DNA of 64,000 nt, from positions 10,356,001 through 10,420,000 of the forward strand of contig CM075991.1 in the NCBI GenBank assembly GCA_038087875.1. Direction: 5' to 3'. Made by a program: the position numbers and the translations under genes. Source of the DNA: Malacoraja senta (lineage: Eukaryota). Below the pieces are notes generated by a model, which worked only from the letters and a program-made list of their open reading frames with translations, searched no databases and was not told the origin of the DNA. Positions 52,708 through 64,000 of the stretch are shown piece after piece. Position 1 is the stretch's first letter; every line of letters begins with the position of its first letter.

Positions 52708-53065
52708 GGCTGATGACTCCCAATATCCACAGAGTGTTAGCCCTTATCTCTGAGTTGAATCAGTTCTACACATAACAAAAAAAGATTTCTCGGAATAAAG
52801 AAACAGTTCACCATAGCATTGACGTTCTCCAAATCGAAGCCAATCCCCCCCCCTCTCTCTCTGAACTAGGACTATTTCTGCTGTCAGAAAGAGGATGAGG
52901 AGGTAAAAAATTCTGCAAGTATGCCGGTTAGCTGTCCAATTTATAAAATCCCAATCTTCTGTAAAGTCCCAAAACTTCGAACGATCAGAAAGCCTCCATT
53001 CAGTTGCCTACTCAGGCATTCACACCGAATGTAACACAAGATAAACACTAGGCAGAATTATGCAC
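52708..53065 (-). other. KAT6A: 5' UTR portion of the KAT6A first coding exon
   Basis: Polypyrimidine tract and acceptor ttcttgtgttttctcctccag|G, with the exon starting at 53065, 358 nt upstream of the ATG. Unique, non-repetitive sequence containing five upstream ATGs. Confidence 0.75.
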
Positions 53066-53088
53066 CTGGAGGAGAAAACACAAGAATA

Positions 53089-53288
53089 NNNNNNNNNNNN
53101 NNNNNNNNNNNNNNNNNNNNNNNNNNNNNNNNNNNNNNNNNNNNNNNNNNNNNNNNNNNNNNNNNNNNNNNNNNNNNNNNNNNNNNNNNNNNNNNNNNNN
53201 NNNNNNNNNNNNNNNNNNNNNNNNNNNNNNNNNNNNNNNNNNNNNNNNNNNNNNNNNNNNNNNNNNNNNNNNNNNNNNNNNNNNNNNN
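53089..53288. other. Assembly gap (200 N)
   Basis: Run of N. Confidence 0.99.
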
Positions 53289-54190
53289 GGGGGAGAATGA
53301 GGGGAGGGGAGGGGGTGAGAGTGAGGGGGAGAGAGTGAGGGGACACAGGGGGGGGGAGGGAGTGGAAGTGTGGGGGGAGAGAGAGAGTGAGGGGGGAGAG
53401 AGGAGTGAGGTGGGGGAGAGTGTGGGGGGGGCAGAGGGGGGGAGAGAGTGAGTGAGGGAGAGAGAGGGAGGGGGAGAGTGAGGGGGAGAGAGAGGGGGAG
53501 AAAGGGGAGAAGGGGAGGAGGTTGAGAATGGGAAAGGAGGAGAGGGAGAGGAGAGGGGGAGGGAGGGTTGGAAGGGTAATGGGAAGGAGGGAATGAAAGG
53601 GGTAGGAAGGGTGAAAGAAGGGGAGGGGTGGATGAGGGAGGGAAGGATAGGAGAAGTGTGAGAGGGGGGAGGGGGAGAAGGGGAGGGAGGGAGGAGGTGG
53701 ATGAGGGAAGGAGTGAGAGGGGGAGGCAGGAGGAAGAGAAAATTGGAGCATGGGAGGAAAAGGGGTGGAAGGGGAGGAGAGGAAGAGAGATGGCAGGATG
53801 GAGAGGGAGGGAGAGGAGAAGATGGAAGGAGGAGGAGGGGAGAAGGATGAGTGAGTGACAGGAGAGGAGGGGAGAGAGAGAGATGTGGGAGGAGGTGAGA
53901 GGCGTAGGGAGAGAGAGGAGGGGAAGGAGACAGGTGGAGGAATGTCGGGAGTGGAAGAGAGCGATGACAAATGTGAGGGAAATGGTATGAAAGATATGGT
54001 GAAGGGTGTTGAGGAAATAGGATTATGAGTAGAGAGAGGTTGATGGAGGATGGTGAGGGAGTCAGGGATGTCTTTGGGAAGGGGCAGATGATGGGAAAAA
54101 GTGGAGAAAAATTGGACTTTTTAAAGATATGGTGAAGGGGCATCTGGATGAGGGGAGGGGTGATGTGTTGGGGGAGGAGAAGGACAGATA
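53289..54190 (+). repeat. G/A-rich low-complexity polypurine tract
   Basis: Almost exclusively G and A on the + strand (gggagag/ggagg units), decaying rightwards. Confidence 0.95.
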
Positions 54191-54424
54191 ACAAGAGGCT
54201 CTTCTTCTTTCGTGCTCATCTTCCATGTTTCAAATGTTGACATCGCTGTCATCATCTGTCCTGAAAAGGACACAAGCTTCCGGCGACAATCAGTGGAAGC
54301 CATTACTTGTTGCAATAGATGATGGTGGTAGCAGAATTGGCTCAGGATACTTCCAGCCCCGCGAGGTGGACGCTTCTGCTATGGGGCCATAAAAGAGGCA
54401 GAGACAGAGACAGAAGAGAGGACA

Positions 54425-55860
54425 TCCACCTTAATGAAGTGCTTCACGAGCGGTGTTATGGCTCAAATCAACTCCTGCCTCAGAAATTACCTGGACCTGC
54501 GTCACTTTGCCTATCGCCACAACATGTCAAGAGCAGATGCCAGCTCACTGTGCTCTGGGCCATCTAGTTAACAGGAACACAGACGTCAGATCTTTTCATT
54601 GACTGCAGCTCGGCATTCAACACCATCATCCCCCTCAACTCATCACCAAGCCTCTGCACCTCCCTTTGCAAGCTGGGCCCTTGACGTCTTCATCAGAGGA
54701 CCTCAATCAGTGCAGGTAACAGCATCTCCTTCTCATTGACAAAAAGGCTGGCAATATCATCAAGGACCCACACCTGGCCACACACTCATCTCCCTGCAAC
54801 CTTCAGTAGAAGGTACAGGAGCTGAAGACTGCAACGACCAGGTTCAGGAATAGCTACTTCCCCACAGCCATCAGGCTATTAAACTTGGCTCGGACAAACT
54901 CTGAACATTAATAGCCCATTATCTGTTATTTTGCACTTTATCAGTTTATTTATTCATGTGTGTATTTACGTATATAATGTATATGGACACACTGATCTGT
55001 TTTTGTAGTCAATGCCTACTATGTTCTGTTGTGCTGAAGCAAAGCAAGAATTTCATTGTCCTGTCAGGGACACATGACAATAAACTCACTTGACTTGACT
55101 CTTGACCATCGACCCAAATGCATCTCAAGGCTGCATGCTTCAGCCACCTGCCCTACTCTCTTTACACCCATGACTGTGTGGCTTAGAACAGTTCCAATGC
55201 CATCGATGATTTTGCCCACGACACCATTGTGGATGGCCAAATCTCCAGTGGTGGCGAATCAACATACAGGACGTAGATGGAACACCTGGTTGAGTGATGT
55301 CGCAACAACAACTTCTCACTTAACGTCAACGAGACCAAATAACTGTTTGTTGACTTCAGAAAGGGGAAGTCAGGAGACCAGATGCCAGGCTTTATTGGTG
55401 GTAAGACGTCAAATTCCTTGGCATTGACATCTTGGATGACCCAGCATGCAGATGCAATCACGGACAAAGGCTTGTTCGTGCCTCTACTTTCTTAACAGTT
55501 TAAAGAGATTCTATATATCCCAAACTACTCCAACAAACTTCCACGTTTCTTCTCGCTGTTGCCAGACACTGAATATCCTCTCACAAACTAGAAAGTGGTC
55601 CTGACCTCCCATCTACATCATTGGAGACCTCAAACTAATTTTAATTGACTTTACTGGACATTATCTATTCACTGTGACTTGTCACATGTGACAATAAAGT
55701 ATTCAATTCAATTCCATTTTAAACGTTATCTACCTTTTACCTGTATCTGTACATTGCGGATGGCTTGGATGGAACCTGTACGGTCTTTTCCCTGACTGGA
55801 TAACACGCAACAAAAAGGTTTTCACTTTACTTCAGTGCATGTGACAATAATAAATGAACA
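54425..55860 (+). mobile_element. Decayed Rex1/Babar RT region with a nested Rex1 3' end (approx. 54740-55100)
   Basis: Remnants resembling MKCFERLV, FAYRHN, D.SSAFNTIIP and FADDTT, plus Rex1-type 3' UTRs ending gacaataaa. Confidence 0.7.
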
Positions 55861-56164
55861 ACGAAACCAACTTATAAACAACAAGACCAAGCGTGGACCC
55901 ATTGGGTTCCTCCCCCCCCCCCCCCCCCACCCCCCCCCTCCCTCCGCAATATTCTACAACTCATCCATACAAGAGGCCATGTTCGGTCAAATGGCAATCG
56001 CGGCCCGGCAACCCTCCCCCAGCTGCGCAGGCACGACTGCTGCGTTCAAACTTCTGCCGTTAACGGTTAAACCCTCCCCCAGCTGCGCAGGCGCGGCTGA
56101 GAGGTTCCCGTTGTGACGCCAGAGATCGCCGTTGTGACGCAACTGACGGGGCCGGCAAGTGGGA

Positions 56165-56594
56165 GCGCAGAGAATGGAGCGGCTGGGCTTGTACACCCTG
56201 GAGTTTAGAAGGATGAGAGGATATCTCATTGAAACATATAAGATTGTTAAGGGCTTGGATACGCTAGAGGCTGGAAACATGTTCCCGATGTTGGGGAGTC
56301 AGAACCAGGGGCCGCAAGTTTAAGAATAATGGGGTAAGCCATTTAGAACGGAGATGAGGAGACACTTTTTCTCACAGAGAATGGTGAGTCTGTGAATTCT
56401 CTGCCTCAGAGGGCGGTGGAGGCCGGTTCTCTGGATGCTTTCAAGAGAGAGCTAGATAGGGCTCTTAAAAATAGCGAGTCAGGGGATATGGGAGAGGCAG
56501 GAACGGGGTACTGATTGGGGATGATCAGCCATGATCACATTGAATGGCGGTGCTGGCTCGAAGAGCCAACTGGCCAACTCCTGCACCTATTGTC
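56165..56594 (+). mobile_element. CR1 LINE 3' fragment
   Basis: ERMERLGLYTLEFRRMRG...; CR1 3' UTR. Confidence 0.88.
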
Positions 56595-56614
56595 AGTGAA
56601 GAGTCAAGAGTCAA

Positions 56615-56971
56615 GGGACGACAGATGGCGCAATGGGCTAAGTGTTCGGCTGGCAACCGGAAGGTAGCCGGTTCGAATCCCGCTTGGAGTGCATACTGTC
56701 GTTGTGTCCTTGGGCAAGACACTTCACCCACCTTTGCCTGCGTGTGAATGTGTGTGAATGTGTGTGGAGTGATTGGTGGTGGTCGGAGGGGCCGTAGGCG
56801 CAGATTAGCAGCCACGCTTCCGTCAGTCTGCCCCAGGCAGCTGTGGCTACAGAAGTAGCTCACCACCACCGAGTGTGACTGAGGAGTGAATGATAATGCG
56901 ACGTAAAGCGCCTTGAGTATTAGAAAGGCGCTATATAAATCCCATCCATTATTATTATTATTATTATTATT
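56615..56971 (+). mobile_element. tRNA-derived SINE, teleost AFC/CORE-like, with L2-type tail
   Basis: A-box TGGCGCAATGG (56626-56636), B-box GGTTCGAATCC (56670-56680), gtgtccttgggcaagacactt core, tail gtaaagcgcctt...aaggcgctatataaat then (ATT)n. Confidence 0.85.
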
Positions 56972-58172
56972 GTCATATGTCCCTGACGGACAGCGAAATT
57001 CTTACTTGCTGTAGCTAACGGTGTAAAGAAAGTTTGTGACGGGAATTACTTTGGGATTTAGTTTGTGAAATGGAACGAACTTGATGCAACCACACGCAGG
57101 CTAATGGTGAGTAAGTCGGGCCCAACATTGTTGGGCTATCGTGTGCCGTTTTGGCTGTATTTCGGGCAAATATACTTACTAACAAATATACATACAAACG
57201 AATATACTGCATAAAAGATGAGAGTTTTAGTTATATATAATATAGTTATCCTGACCAGTTCCATCAGCGTCTGCTTGGGCAATTCCAATGCACTGGAACA
57301 CAAGAGGCTGCAGAGAGTGGTCCATTGTCGGCACAGCCCTAAATAGAGAAACTAAATATGTTTACGTTGGTTGATGGTATGTCAATAATGCAAACTACTT
57401 TGAACTGAATGGCATCAAGTTTTGACCTCATAATGGGAGGAAGGTCTTTGATGAGGTAATAAGGTCTCGACCTGAAACGTCACCCATTCCGTCTCAACAG
57501 AAATGCTGCCTGTCCCGCTGAGTTACTCCAGCATTTTGTGTCTATCTTTGAGGTAGTTGACCCAGTTGACCTGAGGAACCCTTTCAGTGGTGACCCAGGC
57601 CACTGGGCCAGGAAGGGACTGATCAACAACAATAATAATTTGCTTTTTGCCCAGGTGTGTGTGACTCCAACCATTAGTGTTTCCCCCTTTGATGCCCATT
57701 GATGTTGGTTTTACTCTGTTGCTTTAGTGCCACAATTGGTCAAATCTTGGCTTAATGTCAAGGGCAGTCACCCTTGCCTCAGCTCTTGCAATTCTGCATT
57801 TGGGTCCAAGGCTGTTTGGGCCAAGGCTGTGATGCGATCCGGACCCTGGTGGTCCTAGTGCAAGCAAACTAGGTTTGTAGGTCTGAGTAGATTATTGGGT
57901 GAGGAAGTACCACTTGATAGCATTATCGAAGATAGCTTCTCCCGGCGAAAGAATTGTGAAGTGTTGGCAGTAATTAGCTGGATTAGATTTCTCCTGTGCC
58001 ACACTTGGGCAGCTTTCCTCATTATTAGGTAGACATCAATGTTAGAACTGTCCAGAGTAAAGAGAGTGTACAAAAATGTAGAATGGCAAAAGAAAAGTGA
58101 GGGAAGATGAATGGAGGTAACAGTGACGAAATAGGGTAATACCTTGACTGTAATTCCCTGCATATCTCCCTA

Positions 58173-59360
58173 AAGGGGCTGTCCCACCTGTACAGGTAAT
58201 TCACGAGTTCTCCCGAGTTTCCCCTGATTCGAACTCGGGGAATTACGGTAATAGCCGCTCGTCGGTACTCGGGGCTCTCGTGGACATTTTTCAACATTTT
58301 TCAACGAGTCTTCACGAGCTTACCGTCGTTTCCCGAGTACCTGCCGTTAGCGTTACGAGCCGCTAAGAGACGTCCCGAGCTCCGACGTACCCGCTACGTT
58401 CATTCATTTTTTTTTTTGTGATATAAATTTTTATTAGAAGCAAACATATTACAATGTAGAGTAACATATTATAATAGAAGAAAACACTTTTCATATACAT
58501 CAATCATTCATACATTATTAAATTTGTCAATTGTCAGTTAATTCTGCTTCTAGTGTTTTTTTTATATAGATAGAAAAAGAAAATAGAGAGAAAGAAGAGA
58601 AAGAAAGAATTTCAATATCAAAAAAGAAAAAAAAAAGGTGGATGATAACTTATAATACGTCATAGGAAGATAAGTTCGTAGGTTATGAAATATAATTACA
58701 TCTAATCCTGAGTTCAAGCTTCAGCCGGGCTTTCGCGCTGGGCCACTCTATCCCTTCAAATAGGCAATGAATGGAGCCTATATTTTAACAAAAAGTTCTT
58801 GCTTGTCCATTAAGACGAGTCTAATTCTTTCTAGATGTAGGGTCTCCGACATTTCCACAATCCACATTTTAATTGTGGGGGTTGTAGGCCTTTCCAGAAT
58901 TTTAATATTAATTTTTTCCCCTACTTACATCTACGTGCTTACCACAAGTTGGTTTTTTTTTAAACTCGGGAGAGCTCTTGAATTATTTCGTACAGTGGGA
59001 CAGGCCCTTAAAGGCCTGTCCCCTCTGTACGAGGTAATTCAAGAGTTCTCCTGAGTTTTCCCCTGATTCCAACTTGGAGAATGTCCGTAGCCGGTCCGTA
59101 GTGAGTTCGTGGATGTCCTCGTAGCGGCTCGTAATGCTAACGGTAGGTACTCGGGAAATCCGGTAAACTCGTGACGTTTTTTCAACACTGTGAAAAATGT
59201 CCACGAGTAAAAAAAATACTCGTGATGAAAAAAAATGGTTACTTTTTACTCGTACGAGCCGCTACGAGACATCCACGAACTCCTACGGACTTTCTCCGAG
59301 TTCGAATCGGGGGAAACCTCGGGAGAACTCTTGAATTACCTCGTACAGTGGACAGGCCCT
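58173..59360. mobile_element. Tandem Harbinger-like MITEs A (approx. 58173-59008, interrupted by L1) and B (approx. 59012-59360)
   Basis: Same TIRs and the same A-then-B arrangement as 29757-30224. Confidence 0.85.
58407..58920 (-). mobile_element. 5'-truncated L1-clade LINE insertion
   Basis: Minus strand reads GKKLILKFWK..PTIKMWIVEMSETLHLERIRLVL, then 3' UTR, AATAAA and poly(A) (poly-T at approx. 58407-58417). Confidence 0.85.
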
Positions 59361-60016
59361 TTAGCCTCCACCTATCTTATCAGTCTCAGCTTTAAGTACA
59401 CTCAATCACGGAGCATCTGCAGTTCTCTCAGAGAAAGAATTCCAAACATTCACATCCCACCACTCGAAACACAATCCTATATGTTGACCCCTTTCTGTGA
59501 GTATTTCCTCATACCGCCAACAGTCAGCCTTGGACACCATCTTCTCAGCATCTAGTATGTCATAATCTTTTGGAAATGTTATAGCTTTAATGAAACCACA
59601 TATTATATAGAGATTCGCATCGTTCCAAGGGGTATAAAGGTACACTGATCCATTGCCTGCACTGATAGATGGACATGTGATACCAACACCACCAGAGACC
59701 ACTGATCAACAGAAATGTCTTTAATAGATTAGAATCGTAAAGCTTTTACACTGAGAGAGGTTGAGAAAAAGAGAGTGAGAGAATGAGTGCTCTTACAATG
59801 CAATAAAGCATAACACTGAGAGAAGTGTGCGCACTACAAATGCACTCATAGTAAGTGAGATTGAGCAGCATCAAGAGGCATCCATACACTCGCCACTTTC
59901 AACAGCTGTTGTGGGTAAATAGTGCAGTATCAATCCTGGGAGACGTTCACATAGTTGATTTAGGCTTTGGAGATGCAATCGTGGCAACAGGCCCTTCGGC
60001 CCATCCGAGTCCACAC

Positions 60017-60328
60017 CCGCGGTCTAGGCATAAGCTCAGGGGCGGACGCGCCTTTGCGGTTGCAGCTCCTAGACTGTGGAACAGCATCCCTCTTCCCATC
60101 AGAACTGCCCCCTGCATCGACTCTTTAAGTCGAGACTTGAAACTCATCTTTTACTCTCAAGCCTTTCTTGACGTCCTCTGAGTGAGGGCTATATGTATGT
60201 ATTTATGTATGTACTTAATCTATGAACCACTGTTGTATAACGTTAGTACCTCCACCAATGTAAAGCACTTTGGCCAACGAGAGTTGTTTTTTAAATGTGC
60301 TATAGATATAAAAGTGACTTGACTTGAC
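60017..60328 (+). mobile_element. L2-clade LINE 3' end inserted in a minus-strand HE1 SINE
   Basis: GGRAFAVAAPRLWNSIPLPIRTAP is the L2 ORF2 C-terminus; tail gtaaagcactttg...gtgctata..(gactt)n. Confidence 0.85.
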
Positions 60329-60814
60329 ACCGACCGGTGATCACCCAATACGCTAGTACAATCCTACACATGGGACAATTTACAATTTGCACAAGCCAAT
60401 TAACCCAGAGACCAACATGTCTTTGGAGTGTGTGAGTGCGAGACGATGTCAATTTCTTGCGCCAGCAATTTTCCCACGGTGAAACGCCCAAAGTTTTGAA
60501 GAAAGGTTTCAGACCCGAAACACTGCCTATCCTTGTCCTCCAGAGATGCTGCCTGACCCGCTGAGTTACTCCCACCCTTAGTGTTCTGCACTCAATCCTT
60601 AGGAACCAGGCAACCCAAAATTAATTGGGATTTACTTGATATTTTCCTTTCCCGGGTGCACAGAGAATGCAGACAAGAGACGATTTGAGTTAGTTTGGAG
60701 ATACAGCATGGAAACCGGCCCTTCGGACCCACCGAGCCACCGCAGACCACACGGGGGACATTTTACAGAGCCAATTAACCTACAAACCTGCGTACCTTTG
60801 GGTTGTGTAAGTAA

Positions 60815-61020
60815 GGACGGCACGGTGGCGCAGCGGTAGAGTTGCTGCCTTACAGCACAGAGACCCGGGTTTGATCCTGACTCCGGGTGCTGTCTGTACG
60901 GAGTTTGTACGTTCTCCCCGTAACTGCGTGGGTTTTTTCCGAGATCTTCGGTTCCTCCCACACAGACGTACAGGTTTGCAGGTAAATCGGCTTGGTATAA
61001 ATGTACATTGTCCCTAGTGT
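60815..61020 (+). mobile_element. HE1-type V-SINE (3' truncated)
   Basis: ggcacggtggcgcagcggtagagttgctgcc head plus V-domain. Confidence 0.8.
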
Positions 61021-61035
61021 GGGTTGGATAACATT

Positions 61036-61525
61036 AATAGACATTAGGTGCAGGAGTAGGCCATTCGGCCTTCAAGCCAGCACCGCCATTTAATGTGATC
61101 ATGGCTGATCATCCCCAATCAGTACCCGTTCCTGCCTTTTCCCCATATCCCCTGACTCCGCTATTTTTAAGAGCCCTATCTAGCTCTCTCTTGAAAGCAT
61201 CCAGAGAACCTTCCTCCGCCGCCTTCTGAGGCAGAGAATTCCACAGACTCGCAACTCTCTGTGAGAAAAGTATTTCCTCGTCTTCGTTCTAAACGGCTTA
61301 CTCCTTATTCTTAAACTGTGGCCCCTGGTTCTGGACCCTCGCCCCCCAACATGTTTCCTGCCTCTAGCGTGTCCAAACCCTTAACAATCTTATATGTTTC
61401 AATAAGATCCCCTCTCATCCTTCTGAACTCCAGAGTGTACAAGCCCAGCCGCTCCATTCTCTCAGCATATGACAGTCCCGCCATCCCGGGAATCAACCTT
61501 GTAAACTACGCTGCACTCCCTCAAT
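61036..61525 (-). mobile_element. CR1 LINE 3' fragment
   Basis: IPGMAGLSYAERMERLGLYTLEFRRMRGDLIETYKI. Confidence 0.88.
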
Positions 61526-61929
61526 GTACGTGCGTTGCTGGCTGGTACGAATTCGTTGGGCCGAGGGGCCTGTTTCCGCGCTGTATCTGTAAGCTAAACG
61601 AAATGAGAAACCAGAGCACCCGGAGAAAACCCACATGGTCACAGTGAGAACATACAACTCCGTACAGACAGCACCCGCAGTCAGGATCGAATCTGGGTCT
61701 CTGTGCTGTAAGGCAGCAACTCTACCGCTGCACCTCTGTGCCGCCCTCCGAGTGGTTCCAAGGGGTGCTGAGAAAGTCACAACCCACAGAGAGATATGGT
61801 TTAAATCTAATAGAATCTAATTAGAGCAGGGAAATCAGATCTGAAGGAATCATCCAAGTAGTGGATAAAATAAAATTGTGGGTGGATTAGAAATGGAAAT
61901 AGAGACGTGACACCTTGGCCTGGCGCGGG

Positions 61930-62219
61930 GGGGCGTAGCGGTAGAGTTGCTGCCATACAGCCACAGACCTGGGTTGACCCTGACCGCGGATGCTGTCTGT
62001 ACAGAGCTGGTATGTTCTCACCTGTGACCACGTGGGTTTTCTCCAGGTGCTCCCTTTTCCTCCCGCGCTCCAAAGACGTACAGGTTTGTTGGTTAACTGG
62101 CTTCTGAAAATGGTCCCCAAATGTGTAGGGTAGTGCTAATGTACAGGGTGATCGCTGGACGGCGCGGACTCGGTGGGCAGAAGGGCCTGATTCCGCGCTG
62201 TATCACTAAACTAAAACTA
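61930..62219 (+). mobile_element. HE1-type V-SINE
   Basis: Head, V-domain and (ctaaa)n tail. Confidence 0.8.
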
Positions 62220-62707
62220 GTGTACAAGATGGGGTCCGAACTAAGGTTTCGGCCCGAAACGTTGCCTATTCCTTCGCTCCATAGATGCTGCTGCATCCGC
62301 TGAGTTTCTCCAGCATTTTGTCTACCTAGTGTACAAGATGATCGCTGGTCGGTGGACTCAGTGGGCCGAATGGCTTTGGTCCACACTGTATCTCTAAAGT
62401 CCAAATCCTCCAGCCAGATCCTCCTTACATTCCGACTGTGGCCACAATCAAGGACACTTTAAGATGCCTAGAATGCTCAATGATGTCTTAATCTGTTAGA
62501 AGTGTAACTAAGTGTGGCACATGGAAACGCCACCAAATTCACCGCCAGGTCACGTGGCATCCTCGAGAAATTATCCACCAGTCATTCATCATCATTGGAT
62601 CTACATTCTGATTTTTTTTTAACACAATGGCATTATAGAAACATAGAAAGCAGGTGCAGGAGTAGGCCATTCAGCCCTTCAATATAATCATGGCTGATCA
62701 TCTAAAT

Positions 62708-62850
62708 CAGGGGTTCCCAACCTTTTTCGTCTTGTTTACCCCCTGGCAACGTTTCGAAAATAAATTTACCCCAACCTGTTCAGTATTTAAGTTTACACTT
62801 CTACCATAATAAAGCAACCAACAAAGGGACATTTTAAAATACTGTTTTTA
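62708..62850 (+). mobile_element. hAT (Charlie-like) element left end
   Basis: caggggttcccaaccttttt terminal motif; the right end is not seen in the window. Confidence 0.5.
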
Positions 62851-62864
62851 ACATTATTATTTAA

Positions 62865-64000
62865 AGTGGAGAAAGAGGATTGTTTTCCTTGTAATATAGG
62901 AACGATCCTCTTCTCCCCGAAAAAAACTGAACAACACAATATATAAGAAGAACCTAATTATACACGATACAATAAGAATTTGGAAACAAATAAAATTATC
63001 CTTAAAATTAAGAAATTTATCATTGTTAATGCCAATAGCGAATAATCCTTTATTTAAACCATCTCTTATTGATAAAACATATAATCAATGGGAAAGTTAG
63101 GAATTAAAAGGATCGGGATATGTATGAAATGGGAAATCTATTATCATTCCAACAATTACAATTAAATTTAAATTGAAAAACAACCAATATTTTAAATATC
63201 TTCAGATTTGCGATTTCATGAAGAAATACATACAAGGATATCAAAAAATAACTCCTGACTTATTGGAAGAAGCAATGAATATTAAAGCTGACTCACAAAA
63301 ATTAATATCATATTTATATAATAGTATTTAAATATAGACCTACCATCGACAGAGGTACTTAGAGAAGAGTGGGAACGGGAATTAATGATAAAAATTACGA
63401 AGGTTACATGGGAAAAGTACTTGATATACATTCACAAACGTTCGATTAATGCAAGACATAATCTAATTCAATTTAAAATTTTACATAGATTATATTATTC
63501 AAAAACAAGACTGAATAAATTCTATCCAAATATATTCCCCACTTGCGATAAATGTTTATCCCAAAACGCAACTATAAAGCACTCTTTTGTTTCCTGCATA
63601 AAACTTTATAGATTTGGAGTGATATTTTTGAAATATTTACAAAATTATTTAAGATAAGAATGGAACCTAATACTGAAATGATTATATTTGGAGTAGTGGA
63701 AGATGGGAATAAATTGAACTCATCTCAAAATTTATTTTTTAATTATGGTTTAATAATAGCAAAAAAATTAATACTTAAATTTTGGAAAAATACACCAATA
63801 CCAACGCTTAAAATGTGGATCGCAAGTATGTTGGATACCGCACATCTTGAAGAAATGCGATCCTCCTAATAGATAAATCAGACCAATTCTTAACGAGTTG
63901 GTCTCCATTTGTCGTCTTTTTGGAAGCATATGGTGCAACACAATTGTAGAAGCTAACTGTTCCAGGACTGGGTGGGGGATGGGCAAGATTATAAATAATG
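62865..64000 (+). mobile_element. L1-clade LINE ORF2 C-terminal region (frameshifted)
   Basis: LIQFKILHRLYYSKTRL, CCHC knuckle CDKC...HSFVSC, AKKLILKFWK..PTLKMW; strongly A-rich + strand. Confidence 0.9.

Larger units (their letters stand above)
55882..57240 (-). mobile_element. Possible non-autonomous Helitron carrying nested insertions
   Basis: On the minus strand: AT-rich start (tatatataactaaaactctcatc) and a 3' hairpin (ggaacccaatgggtcc) shortly before CTTG|T. Confidence 0.35.

Noticed and set aside
53020..54194. 316-378 aa Pro/Ser/Leu-rich ORFs
   Set aside because: Artefacts of the C/T-only strand of the polypurine tract and of reading through the N gap.
55975..56165. KAT6A promoter or exon 1 candidate
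   Set aside because: The CpG-rich patch is short, internally repeated and embedded in TEs; no convincing donor site seen.

Overview
Vertebrate (eukaryotic) genomic DNA, most likely from a cartilaginous fish (skate/ray-like). That assignment is an inference from the abundant HE1-type V-SINEs and elasmobranch-type CR1 and Penelope repeats. The only host coding sequence I can support is the first coding exon of KAT6A (MOZ/MYST3 histone acetyltransferase) on the minus strand: ATG at 52707, 600 coding nt, donor after 52108, acceptor before 53065. About 52 kb of the window (1-52107) is the following intron, and I did not recognise the next exon. There is a 200-N gap and a ~900-bp polypurine tract just upstream of the exon. 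The rest is a dense, nested landscape of transposable elements: CR1, L2, L1, Rex1 and Penelope (GIY-YIG) fragments, tRNA-derived SINEs, Tc1/Tigger/Harbinger-like/hAT DNA elements and a possible Helitron. The most notable observations are: (1) many short Penelope-derived fold-back insertions with hammerhead-like cores and their own target duplications; (2) a recurrent tail-to-head MITE dimer; (3) a MER47/Tigger5-like MITE and a teleost AFC-like SINE, both horizontal-transfer candidates; (4) five uORFs in the KAT6A leader; (5) a candidate 21-nt in-frame microexon; (6) a local templated inverted insertion. All family names are from memory, not from database searches, and repeat boundaries are approximate unless terminal motifs are quoted.
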